Part shown: positions 1 through 10,188 of the stretch, in pieces
Layout: every line of letters starts with the position of its first letter
Numbering within the stretch: the first letter of the stretch is position 1
Source of the DNA: Chiloscyllium plagiosum
Taxonomy: Eukaryota
Assembly: GCF_004010195.1 (NCBI RefSeq)
Contig: NC_057758.1
Span: 7,925,244 to 7,945,243 of the forward strand
Direction of reading: 5' to 3'
DNA length: 20,000 nucleotides
Translations under genes and position numbers: made by a program
The notes under the pieces: generated by a model
The model's input: the letters and a program-made list of their open reading frames with translations, nothing else
What the model was told of the DNA's origin: nothing
Database searches by the model: none

Positions 1-489
1 TTGAAATGGTGAAGTCCTTGGTACCTAATCCCAGACCACAGTATATCCATTGTGACTTTGAGCAGGCAGCTGTCAGTGCGATGAGAGAATGTTTTCCAGA
101 AGTTAGAATTAGGGGTCTTTTCTTTCATTGGCGCAAAGTATGTATAAACATATTGCTGCAGTTGGAGCAACTCGTTAATACAACACTAATCCTGACGATG
201 CTTTAAAAGCAATAATGATAATTGATTTATATTTGGAACAGTTGATAGCGGGTTACATTCCACAAATAAAGCTTAAAAAGTATCGAATCGCAGATGGTAG
301 AATTAAAACAATGGTTGTTGAATATGGCAAAAGAAATTGCTTGGGGAGGAAAAACAATCACTACATATATATCTTTCCGATGGAGAATAGTTTCCAGAGG
401 TGAAACGACCCCAGTGGAGAAACGCTGGTGGCCAACCGACGGTGGCTAATCGGCGGGAGCGCATGTCCTTCGGCGAATCGTCACCAACC
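1..489 (+). mobile_element. Decayed Mutator-like (MULE/MuDR) DNA transposon, 3' part: transposase fragments plus repeat-structured terminal region
   Basis: 6-135 translates as ...YIHCDFEQAAVSAMRECFPEVRIRG(L)FFHW, matching the MULE DFE-x-A...FP...C-x-FH motif. 230-340 gives LEQLIAGYIPQIKLKKYRIADGRIKTMVVEYGKRN, resembling MULE transposase C-termini. Frameshifts and an internal deletion are present. 382-489 is a degenerate GGCGAA-type tandem array like MULE TIR subrepeats. Confidence 0.75.
382..489 (+). repeat. Degenerate tandem subrepeats (14-17 bp period, consensus about GGCGAAWCGNCGGT); probable MULE terminal inverted repeat
   Basis: Units: ggagaatagtttccaga, ggtgaaacgaccccagt, ggagaaacgctggt (416-429), ggccaaccgacggt (430-443), ggctaatcggcggg (444-457), agcgcatgtccttc (458-471), ggcgaatcgtcacc (472-485). 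The partner TIR is not in the window. Confidence 0.6.
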
Positions 490-2365
490 CTTTTTTTCTA
501 TCTTACCCCACTCACCCTAAACGTATTCCCTCTGCTTCTGGACTCCCACAAGCATGGTAAGAGACTTTGTTTATTTATCCTATCCGTGACCCTTAAGAGT
601 TTATAAACGTCAATCCAAAGCCTCCGACGTTCCAGGGAATATAGCCCCAACCTATTCAAGCGCTTCCTGTCGCCCGAATCCTCCAACTCTATCAACGTTC
701 TTATAAATGTTTTCTGAACCCTTCAAGTTTCACAAAATTCGTCTGATAGGAAGGAAACCAGAATTGCACGCAATTTTCCAAAAGTGGCCTCACCAATTTC
801 CTGCACAGCCACAACATGACATCCAAACCACTGCACCCAATATTCTGAACAATGATGAAAAGCATATCAAACGCCTTCTTCACTATCCTATCCAACTATG
901 ACTCCACTTTCATAGAGCTATGGACCTGCACTCCAAGGTCTGTTTGTTTACCAACACTCCCTGGGACCTTATCTAAAAGTGTATGAGTCATGCTAAGATT
1001 TGCTTTCCGAAATAGTAGCACCAAGCATTTATCTCAATTAAACGCTATCTGCCACTTCTCAGCCCATTGGCCCATCTGATCTACATCCCGTTGTAATCTG
1101 ACGTAACCTTCTTCACTGACCATGATATCTCCAATTTGGTTGTCATCTGCAGACTTGATAAATATACTTCTTCTGCTCACATCTAAATCATTTATATATA
1201 AGAGGAAACGTAGTGGACCTAGCATCGATCCTTGTGGTACTCCACAGGCCTCTAGTTGGAAAATCAACCCTCCATCACCACCATATGTCTTCTACCGTTC
1301 AGCCAGTGCTGAGTCCAAATGGCTATTTCTCCCTGTATTCCATGAGATATGACATTGCTAACCAGTCTCCCATTGGGAACATTGTCAAACGTCTTACTGA
1401 AGTCCATATAGATCACGTCCCCCGCTCTGCCCTCATCAGTCCTCTTCGTTGCTTCTTGAAAAAACTCAATCAAGTTTGTGAGACATGGTTTATCACGCAC
1501 AAAGCCGTGTTGACTATCCCTAATCAGCCCTTGTCTTTCCAAATTCATGGACATCCTACCCGCTGGGATTCCCTCCAACAACTTGCCGACCACCGATATC
1601 AGGCTCCCTGGTCTATAATTCCTCGGCTTGTCCTTACTACTTTTCTTAAACAGTGGCACGTCGATAGCCAACTTCCAGTCTTCTGGCACCTCAAATGTGA
1701 CTTTCCAACATACAAATATCTCAGCAAGGGGCCCATCAATCACTTACCCAGCTTCGCACAGAGTTGACGGGTACACCTGATCAGATCCTGGGGATTTATC
1801 CATTTGTATGTGTTTCAAGACATCCTACACTTCCTCCTAGGTATTATGGACATATTTGAAGATGGCACCATCAATTTCCCTACATTCTATGTCTTGCAAT
1901 TTCTTTTTACATAATTAACACTGATTCAAAATGCTCGTTTACTAGCTCCCTCATCCGCCACACAAAGGTCGCCTTGCTGAACTTTGAGGTGCTCTGATCT
2001 CTCACCAATTGCCCTTTTTTCTTAAATGTATTTGTAAACTCCCTTTGGATTCTCCTTAAATCTATTTGCCAAAGCAATCTCATGCCCCCTAATTCCCCTC
2101 GTGGTTTCCCTCTTAAGTGCACTCCTCCTGCCTTGAGACTCTTCGAAGGATTTTCTCGATCTATCTAGCCTATACTTGACAAATGCTTCATTCTTTTTCT
2201 GCACAAAACCCTCAATTTTATTCGTCATCCAACATTCCAAACACCTATCAGGCTTTCCTTTCAACATCACACGAATATACTGTATCTGGACTTCGTTACG
2301 TCATTTCTGTAGGCTTCCCATTTTCCAGCTGCCTCTTCACCTGCAAACATCTGCCCCCAGTTCTC
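490..2365 (-). mobile_element. Old, 5'-truncated CR1 LINE (ORF2 reverse transcriptase region), heavily mutated
   Basis: Minus-strand fragments: ENPKGVYKYI, VPEDWKLAIDVPLFKK..NYRPGSLISVVGKLLE, DSQHGFV, DVIYMDFSKTFDNVP, GVPQGSMLGP, SADD (from FADD), RPLLENCVQFWFP, LGLYSLERRRL. Many stops and frameshifts. The 3' UTR and tail are absent here. Confidence 0.93.
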
Positions 2366-2369
2366 TCAG

Positions 2370-2775
2370 TCGAGGTTTATTTCTCGTTTGTTTTAGTTTT
2401 AACAATGGGTGTTCCAGTGGAGAAAGGTTCCAAGTTTAAGCCGCTGGTTCCTGAGTGGCATTCTATCTGGAAATCTCTCCTGCCTGTTAGAACCTGTGTT
2501 TATATTTATAGATTGCTGGGGTGTGGGTTTATGCGATGTTGCGGGAAGTGGAGCAGTTATTTGGCTAAGTTTTTATTTACAGTCTGTTTAGTGTTCAGTT
2601 GAATCAATTATTCCAAACTATTTTTTGTTTGTGCTTTGCTTAAAGATGATTGGTAGACCAGCTGCATCACACCAGGAATATCCACCTCACATCTGCCGTT
2701 AAAATAAGAAAAACATGTTAAGGTCTGGGCTACCTTCTTAAAATATTTTAAGGAGGCCTGGCCTTGTCCCTAACA
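2370..2775 (+). mobile_element. Possible solo-LTR or LTR fragment
   Basis: Non-coding T-rich block that abruptly replaces the CR1 5' end and finishes in ...ggcctggccttgtccctaaCA, resembling LTR 3' termini. No clear TG start or TSD was found. Confidence 0.3.
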
Positions 2776-2835
2776 CAACTCTTGTGATATAATATGTCGG
2801 TGCAGTGTTAGGGAGCATTTCATTGCAGTCACGGT

Positions 2836-2878
2836 GATATATTGAAAGCTATAGCTATTGTCTATCTTTCAATATATC
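2836..2878. repeat. Perfect 13-bp inverted repeat (hairpin)
   Basis: gatatattgaaag (2836-2848) is the exact reverse complement of ctttcaatatatc (2866-2878). The inner atag/ctat and outer tgcagt/actgca can also pair. Confidence 0.85.
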
Positions 2879-3129
2879 TCAGTTCTTTCATTACTGCAGT
2901 TGAACAACCCTCAGAATGAAAGCATCGTAGGTGAACCATCAGCACAGGTAGGGCAGTGGTTCATATGATACGCTGTCACCCGGTTTACAGACTCGTGAGA
3001 ATTGACAGTTCATGCCGTCTTGCTCTACACAAGCTTGTCAATATCGAAGATTCGAGCTTTATTAAAAAAAAATAGTGTGAAATGGATGTAAATGCTTTAT
3101 AGAAACAAGTGGAACCAAATAAACAACAT

Positions 3130-3189
3130 AATAGGGGTTTAGATAGGGTTGACCATGAGAACCTTTTTCCACGTATGGAGTCAGCTATT
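3130..3189 (+). mobile_element. Short CR1 LINE 3' fragment running into a gap
   Basis: Translates RGLDRVDHENLFPRMESAI, homologous to the CR1 ORF2 C-terminal RGIDRVDSQRHFPRV in the CR1 at about 16140-16180. Confidence 0.75.
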
Positions 3190-3383
3190 NNNNNNNNNNN
3201 NNNNNNNNNNNNNNNNNNNNNNNNNNNNNNNNNNNNNNNNNNNNNNNNNNNNNNNNNNNNNNNNNNNNNNNNNNNNNNNNNNNNNNNNNNNNNNNNNNNN
3301 NNNNNNNNNNNNNNNNNNNNNNNNNNNNNNNNNNNNNNNNNNNNNNNNNNNNNNNNNNNNNNNNNNNNNNNNNNNNNNNNNNN
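3190..3383. other. Assembly gap (194 N)
   Basis: Run of N. Confidence 1.
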
Positions 3384-5153
3384 GACAATGCTGCGATAAA
3401 ATTCCAGCGCCCAGTAGCATCTCCCTCCCCTGAAAATCGCATACTGGTAATTGCTGGATCTGCATGGTGTCAAAGTTAAATCGAGTAGTTTCATTTCCAT
3501 CTCTACGCCAGAAAATGTTCTGTAATGAAACAAATTATCAGGCAGCCCTCACTCCAATCATTGTCCCCGGAGCCTGCAGCCTGGCACTGGGAGAAATAGG
3601 AAGAATGCGGAAAAGTGACATTATCTCACACTCACAGTTACCCACCAGGCACATGCTTTGGAGGGGTTGAAAGATCTTAGAAACGCTGACACAACGCAAT
3701 ATGAAACAGCCACAATCGACAGGAGGAGCTCTTCCTCCCCAACCCGTGTCCAGCTCACGGACGTTACTTCCAGCTAACAGCTTCTTGAAAATTGACCGTG
3801 ACCTGTGCAGAAGTGGCACAGTCTCTATGGAGCCACGGACTTGGAGATGAGTGCTCTCCTACCCATTAGACTTTAAATACTGAAACGACTTGGCTGATGG
3901 ACCTCAGTGTGCATCACTGCTCTCGACAGATATAGTGGAAAATGCCATTCCTCTGTCCAATGTGCATTTTCTGAATCTTTCCCTTTTGCTCCCTTACCAG
4001 TGAATCGCATATTGTGTTTTTGTCACTGGCTCTCTGTTTGTCGCCGCCATTCCACCCTTTTACCTGTTTATCAGAGAACCTTGCAAAACATAACCATGTA
4101 TTGCCATGTGGCCCCAACCCATTCATTCCCATTGGCTGGAGGACCAGCCTGGTGCCCCGTTCCCTCACATTGGAATGATAATCGTAATGTTGAGGAGCCA
4201 GAGCTGGGCTGGTGCAGACAAAGTTAAAATTCGCACAACATTAAGTGATAGTCCAATAGGTTTATTTGGCTGTTATAGCTTCAAGAGTGCTGCTCCTTCT
4301 GCAGGAAGATACCCGAAGCTTGTACTTTTAAATAAACCTGTTGAACACTAACCTGTCCCTGTGTAATTGATTGATGGCCTTGTCAGCTGCTCCAACAGAA
4401 ATGAACCCAGGGTCACTTTGAGCATGCGATGATCAATCTGACATCCTGGGAACGCAGATAGAATGGTTTCCCACTCTCTCGGAACTGTGTGTACGTCAAC
4501 CGCCATGTCAGAAAGCCTCAGAATGAGGAATGGGATCGGGAGGCAGAAAGCAGAATTCCTCAATTGAAGATCTATCTCTAAGCGATATAACTATGGATTG
4601 AGGAAACAGCTGGTTCATTTGCATTAACAGAGCAAACAATTTTCTGTAATAGAAAAATAAATTGCCAGAGAAACATAAGAGGAGTGGCAGTATTTGGATA
4701 GAGAGAACGGTTACAATTTTAAATTCATTGACTGCTTGTCAGAACAAAATTTAATTCTGTTGATAATAACCAGTGTTTTGCTCCAGTTCTTATTTTGATC
4801 AGACGTTGGCGAGAATTGCCGAGTTTTCAACCCAGAATTCCACACTAGGCGGAAAGCAGTCTCTCTCCATTACCAGGATGGGAACCTGCCCTGACAGTTT
4901 CCTATTTTGAATGATATTTTCCATCTCGCTGTGCTGTCTGCCATTCTGATTGCATTTCTCTCTCTTTCTTTGTTCTTTTTTCATTGCCAATTTGTCACGT
5001 CATTATCTCACGTTTCGGACAGTGAAATCTATAGCACAAACAAGTACAGGACTGAAACAATTAATGTTTGGGCCTTCGGTATTGTTGCCAATAAGAAGCA
5101 CCTGGGGATGCCGATAAATAATTCTTTGAAGTTTTGCATCACGCACAGGCAAG

Positions 5154-6004
5154 NNNNNNNNNNNNNNNNNNNNNNNNNNNNNNNNNNNNNNNNNNNNNNN
5201 NNNNNNNNNNNNNNNNNNNNNNNNNNNNNNNNNNNNNNNNNNNNNNNNNNNNNNNNNNNNNNNNNNNNNNNNNNNNNNNNNNNNNNNNNNNNNNNNNNNN
5301 NNNNNNNNNNNNNNNNNNNNNNNNNNNNNNNNNNNNNNNNNNNNNNNNNNNNNNNNNNNNNNNNNNNNNNNNNNNNNNNNNNNNNNNNNNNNNNNNNNNN
5401 NNNNNNNNNNNNNNNNNNNNNNNNNNNNNNNNNNNNNNNNNNNNNNNNNNNNNNNNNNNNNNNNNNNNNNNNNNNNNNNNNNNNNNNNNNNNNNNNNNNN
5501 NNNNNNNNNNNNNNNNNNNNNNNNNNNNNNNNNNNNNNNNNNNNNNNNNNNNNNNNNNNNNNNNNNNNNNNNNNNNNNNNNNNNNNNNNNNNNNNNNNNN
5601 NNNNNNNNNNNNNNNNNNNNNNNNNNNNNNNNNNNNNNNNNNNNNNNNNNNNNNNNNNNNNNNNNNNNNNNNNNNNNNNNNNNNNNNNNNNNNNNNNNNN
5701 NNNNNNNNNNNNNNNNNNNNNNNNNNNNNNNNNNNNNNNNNNNNNNNNNNNNNNNNNNNNNNNNNNNNNNNNNNNNNNNNNNNNNNNNNNNNNNNNNNNN
5801 NNNNNNNNNNNNNNNNNNNNNNNNNNNNNNNNNNNNNNNNNNNNNNNNNNNNNNNNNNNNNNNNNNNNNNNNNNNNNNNNNNNNNNNNNNNNNNNNNNNN
5901 NNNNNNNNNNNNNNNNNNNNNNNNNNNNNNNNNNNNNNNNNNNNNNNNNNNNNNNNNNNNNNNNNNNNNNNNNNNNNNNNNNNNNNNNNNNNNNNNNNNN
6001 NNNN
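5154..6004. other. Assembly gap (851 N); may hide the ERV 5' LTR and PBS
   Basis: Run of N directly upstream of the ERV internal sequence. Confidence 1.
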
Positions 6005-6300
6005 GCTCTATGGACTGGGCGGGACTGGAGATGTGAGTGACACATCTGTGTGGATATCAGAACCGGAACAGCATTCTGCTCAACTTTTCGTCGTGTATGT
6101 TTCACTTGAGTTGAGTTGGTGCCCGTTTCCAAACTCCCTCTGCGTAGCCCAGTAACTTGGTTGAATTGAAGGACGTGGTAAGTTTAGATTTCATCGTTCC
6201 ACTGCTCACTATTCCTTTTTTCCTGTCCCAGTTACAGTGTTACGGTTCTGAGGGCTCTTCCAGATGCTGGGCTGTGGTCAAACTCGGTGCTGGTTTGGGT

Positions 6301-8029
6301 ATATAGAAAGTGGATGAGAAGCGTAGCTGTATTGTATGCCATCTGTGCTTGGTGCAGGACCATGGGGTGAAAATGGAGGATTTTCGGCTAAAATCGATCC
6401 TATAGAGGCGGGATTGCCTACTTGCCTGCAGCTGAAAAGGCTGTTGTAGTATCCAGGGGCATAATCGACTCTGGTGATAACTAACCGTATTGTTTCCAGT
6501 ATCCTTACTACTTTCCGATCAGAAGACAGCACACATGTCGGCAGCACGTTGTCTCAGATAAAATACTGTGCTATTGGAGATGCCTAAGGTTACAAGAAAG
6601 CGACATAACGTCCTTAACCCTGCCAGCTTTATCCCCAAAGAAGGAGACGGAGATCCACATGACTGTGTTGCTTGAACTAATTAAATTTGTAGCCCCAGAC
6701 CAGATTTGCAGGATTAACCACTTCAGAATCCAAACATGGAGATTTTATTGTGGATTGTTCAACATCCACACGAAAAATAACGAATCAATTTCTCAACGCA
6801 ATGCAAAGGCGGACACAGCGGCAATGACGGCAGCCCAGCAGCCACCAAGTGATCAGTTTGACATGGCGATAACAAAAATTTGTACTGCAAAAGCAGACGT
6901 ATGGTGATTACGGTGGAAGAGAAGTGTGAGTAGACAAAGACAGGGTGCTGCGGGAGGGAAGGGGTATAGTGTGGCCCGAATGGTAAACCCTGTCTACCGC
7001 GATCGTTATTCCCATTCTATTGCAAACTGACACATGGTAAGGACAATGCGTCAAAGTGGGGAGGGGTGCGTATAACAGTATTTCGGCACACTGATACACT
7101 CAAGAATTGACACATTATTCCCAGAAATATTGTGAACGATGTGCTGGCTGTGCCACTAACAATGTGGGGAGTGGAATACTGATGCGTCAGGCAACACAAC
7201 CCCAAACCCACAGATCATTTGGCCATTTACAGATGGATTTTATTGAAGTAGCACCCACAGAAGGGAAAGGGTATTGTCTGGTCATAGTTGATATGTTTAC
7301 CAAATGAGTAGAAGCCTTCCCCATGTCGAAGCAGAATGCCAGTGTAGTAGCCAAGGCTTTGCTAACTGAGATAACTCCGAGATGGGGCATCCCTGAAAGT
7401 CTTAGTAGAGGCAATGGGACACGATTTGTTAAAAACGCCCTACAGCAGATCGGTAATTATTTGGAACTAAACATGAGACAATACTGTGTCTACCACCCAG
7501 CGAACGGTGGAGCAGTGAAAAGAGAGAATGCCACCCTCAAACATAAATTAACAAAATGGAACGAGAGATGATATGGACAAAGGCACTTCCGATTGTGACA
7601 ATGTAGATGAGATCTAGGAGGAGAGCAAAGCCAATCTTAGTCCGTTTGAGATTTTGTTAGGTCGGCCGCCCAATGCAGGAATTGGCCCAAGACGGAATGT
7701 AAGACAGCTAACAGACCACTGTGAGGATGAGATGTTGTATTACTGTATAAAACTACTGACATTCTTGCCTCAAATTCAGAATCAAGTGAAAGCTCACTTC
7801 CCAAACCAGCAGAAGGGAAGCGGCACGATCTAGAACCTGGAGACTGGATAATGGTGAAAGACGTGATGAGGAAAACTGGATGACGAAGAGGTGGCTGGGG
7901 CCGTTTCGACTGCTTCTTATAGCAAAGACAGCTGTTAAGATCGCAGAAAGAGACACGTGGGTACACGCCAGCCATTGCAAACGTACAGCTGGAGTTGAAG
8001 AGACATCGGACAACACAGGAAACAAATAA
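6301..8029 (+). pseudogene. pol: ERV pol remnant: RT connection/tether, internally deleted RNase H, integrase
   Basis: Connection/tether across frameshifts: VDEK..CMPSVL/VQDHGVKM, FSAKIDPIEAGLPTCL, QKTAHMSAARCLR*NTVLLEMPKVT..VLNPASFIP..PHDC..RPDLQD*PL. RNase H: VDCS joined to HTK...RNAKADTAA. Integrase: KLTHGKDN...CERCAGC, HLQMDFIE...LVIVDMFTK*VEAFP, PRWGIPESLSRGNG, YHPANGGAVKRENATLK, SPFEILLGRP, LEPGDWIMVK, TAVKIAERDTWVHASHCK. Stop TAA at 8027-8029. Confidence 0.93.
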
Positions 8030-8061
8030 GTGCAAGTAGCGATAAGAAGTCTCGTACAAAT

Positions 8062-9767
8062 ATGGTTCTGCCCCAGCTCACAGTGTTAGCGAGCTCCCCG
8101 GCAGGACTATTCGTAAAGGCAGGGACACCTAGAATGCGGCCGCAGACAGTTATCTTATCCGAGGATGCTAAATTGACTTTATATGCAACCCATGGACGTT
8201 TAGTAACCACGACGAGTATAAACGGGAGAACAAATGCTTATGCAGGGATCCTTGTGGTCCCAGTGACTGGCACTTAGTAGGAGCCAACACGGCTACAGGG
8301 ACACCTGACACGGGAAATATGTATTCTATTATCAAGGAAGCCAGTACCAGGGCATAGGTGATATAATCCAAGACTCAGAAGAGCGATGAGGGAGTCTAGT
8401 GATGTGGAATTGATAGACCCTTCTCTGTCAGCTATAGGCAGGTGAATACAGTGGAACAGTGCTCCACACACCCCCAAGTTCCTCCCACCCACACCCCACC
8501 CTCCCCCACCGATTCAGAAGGACTTACAGAAGATAATAACATGGCAACCAACCAAACCTCATTATGGACCTTACCTCAAGCGGGGCTGAGCGCATTAATG
8601 TCACGCCCGAACCCGGAAGGAGTCGGCCAGGGCTCGGGAGCGAGTCTAACGCTGTAGTGGAATTGGATCTGCAGGAGATAAGTGGCGTAAAGGCGACGCC
8701 AGTAGGTTGCGAGGTGCGAAGAACCATCGCTCAATGTGAAGGAAACAAAGCTTGTGTGTTGGCCCGAATACAACACAAATGAATAGAGGTTGGCGACTCT
8801 TGTTGGATATATTTTCACACAGATCAACGGCATACTGCCGAACCAATTACAGAGCCGGACAAAAAATGTTAGCTGCCTGCTTACGTGAGAAGCAACTGCC
8901 CTGACACTGATAGGGGAAGCAATTAGGGCAAATCTCGCGCCAACACACGAAGGCAGGGGAGAAAGAAATTTGCAGAAATCTGAGGAGACTCCACTTGGGG
9001 ATCTCCAAGTGTATTTGACACTGTATTTGAACAATGACTCTTGCTCAGCAACCGATGCAAATGGTACGATCATCAATAATACTTGTTCCTTTATCAATAA
9101 TCAGGCTATGATGACGGGTATAATATGAGCATGTGAAGCGAAATGGTACCACCACTTTCCCCTATGTTTGAAGGGGTGCGTCTACCCTGCGATACTGTCC
9201 ACTGGCACAACAGTGTTCGTCCCAAAGGCCAGTAGCGGGCGATCCTGAAGGGGTATCCCACGGCATTGGAATGGCTACACACTCACAGACACTTGCACTA
9301 CACCGGGAGCGAATATTAGGTGGTCTATTCTCTTGAGAGCAGGGACAACGGTCTCGCACATAGCGTATTATTGTTAGCATATGAGATAGAGAAAGGTCTA
9401 GCACTCATTAGTACTGGGTTAATGGCAGTAAGGGAAGCAGTGATATAAAATCGGTTAGTACTCGACATACTGAGGGCCGAGAGAGGGGGCGCCTGCAGAA
9501 TGATAGGTACCTCATGCAGATGAGTCCCAACATATCAGTAGTGTAATAAATCACATGAAGGCGGCGATACGACAGCCTCCCCCAGTAGATGACTCCTGAT
9601 TCTGAAGGCTCACCTTCTTTTGGGGAGGATGGGCTTATTGGATCTGGCACATTGTACTAGTTGTAGGACTGGTCTTACTAATAGTGCTTTGTCTCAGGTC
9701 CAACTTGCGTACCTGCCTACGGCGTTTGCTAATGAGTGCAGCGGGATACCAAACGGAAAAACGATAA
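8062..9767 (+). pseudogene. env: ERV envelope (gamma-type SU/TM) pseudogene
   Basis: Hydrophobic N-terminus MVLPQLTVLASSPAGLFVKAG (start uncertain) and Pro-rich PQVPPTHTPPSPT (about 8470). DSCWIY, a degenerate CWIC (about 8795-8812). I*AC..LKGCVYPAIL, then furin site RS*R (9240-9251) and a fusion-peptide-like WSILLRAGTTV. Immunosuppressive domain plus CX6C(C): *NRLVLDILRAERGGACRMIGTSC (9446-9517). Membrane anchor WAYWIWHIVLVVGLVLLIVLCL. Stop at 9765-9767. Confidence 0.88.
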
Positions 9768-9776
9768 GTGCCCCCA

Positions 9777-9784
9777 GGGGGAAA
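9777..9784 (+). promoter_or_regulatory. Polypurine-tract remnant
   Basis: Purine run (a, G-run, aaa) between the env stop and the LTR-start TG. Confidence 0.6.
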
Positions 9785-10188
9785 TGGAAAAGTAACAAAA
9801 TTAGCATTTCTTGTAAAATCTGAAAGTAAGTACTTTGCTAAATCTAATACTGTGCTGAATTTTGCATGCAGACAGCCTGGCCTTACAACGTCTTGCAAAA
9901 AGTCGATTCAGCAGTGTCAGGGAAAACAAATCGGCAGTAAGTGATTATATCAACAGCAAAGGAATGTGAAAGCATCTCCATATGTGGACCGGAGTTCGAA
10001 TGTTCCCAGCTCTTGTCCTTGAGCGAGTTACAAGGTTAAGCGAAGTACAGTATAAAGACATTTTGTGAAAGCTGTTCAGGGCCCCTTCTCTGAGGCGTTT
10101 TGCCAAACGTGTTGGGTCTCCCTGCAGTGGTGAAATAAACTTTTACTTTGCTCTTGATAACATTTGAGTCGAGTCGATTTAACTTCCA
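9785..10188 (+). repeat. ERV 3' LTR (404 bp)
   Basis: Starts TGGAA and ends TTCCA (5-bp terminal inverted repeat). Follows the PPT and contains TATAAA (10051-10056) then AATAAA (10134-10139) in U3-R-U5 order. Confidence 0.8.

Larger units (their letters stand above)
6005..10188 (+). mobile_element. Decayed endogenous retrovirus, class I (epsilon/gamma-like): leader(?) - truncated pol - env - PPT - 3' LTR
   Basis: Colinear RT-connection, RNase H ends, integrase with GPY/F-like end, gamma-type env, purine tract and TG...CA LTR. The 5' boundary is uncertain, and 6005-6300 is assigned as leader by position only. Confidence 0.9.

Noticed and set aside
382..489. Short repeats as a CRISPR-like array
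   Set aside because: No spacers, degenerate 14-17 bp units and a vertebrate context.
4617..4624. Octamer motif ATTTGCAT (also ATGCAAAT at 10472) and scattered CACAGTG heptamers, suggesting an Ig/TCR locus
   Set aside because: No nonamer at 12/23 spacing and no V-domain exon. These are compatible with chance.
4907..6132. Long ORFs of 300-377 aa in the ORF track (also those across 3190-3383, 12381-12572 and 14737-15236)
   Set aside because: They are open only because they run through N-gaps.
6110..6180. TGG-starting motifs as the primer-binding site
   Set aside because: No convincing 18-nt match to tRNA 3' ends I know, and no adjacent LTR end.
6361..6370. accATGGGG as a myristoylated Gag start
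   Set aside because: Followed at once by TGA, and the same bases read VQDHGVKM of the RT connection domain.
8576..9097. 173-aa antisense ORF within env
   Set aside because: No recognisable motifs. It is explained as the reverse frame of the env remnant.
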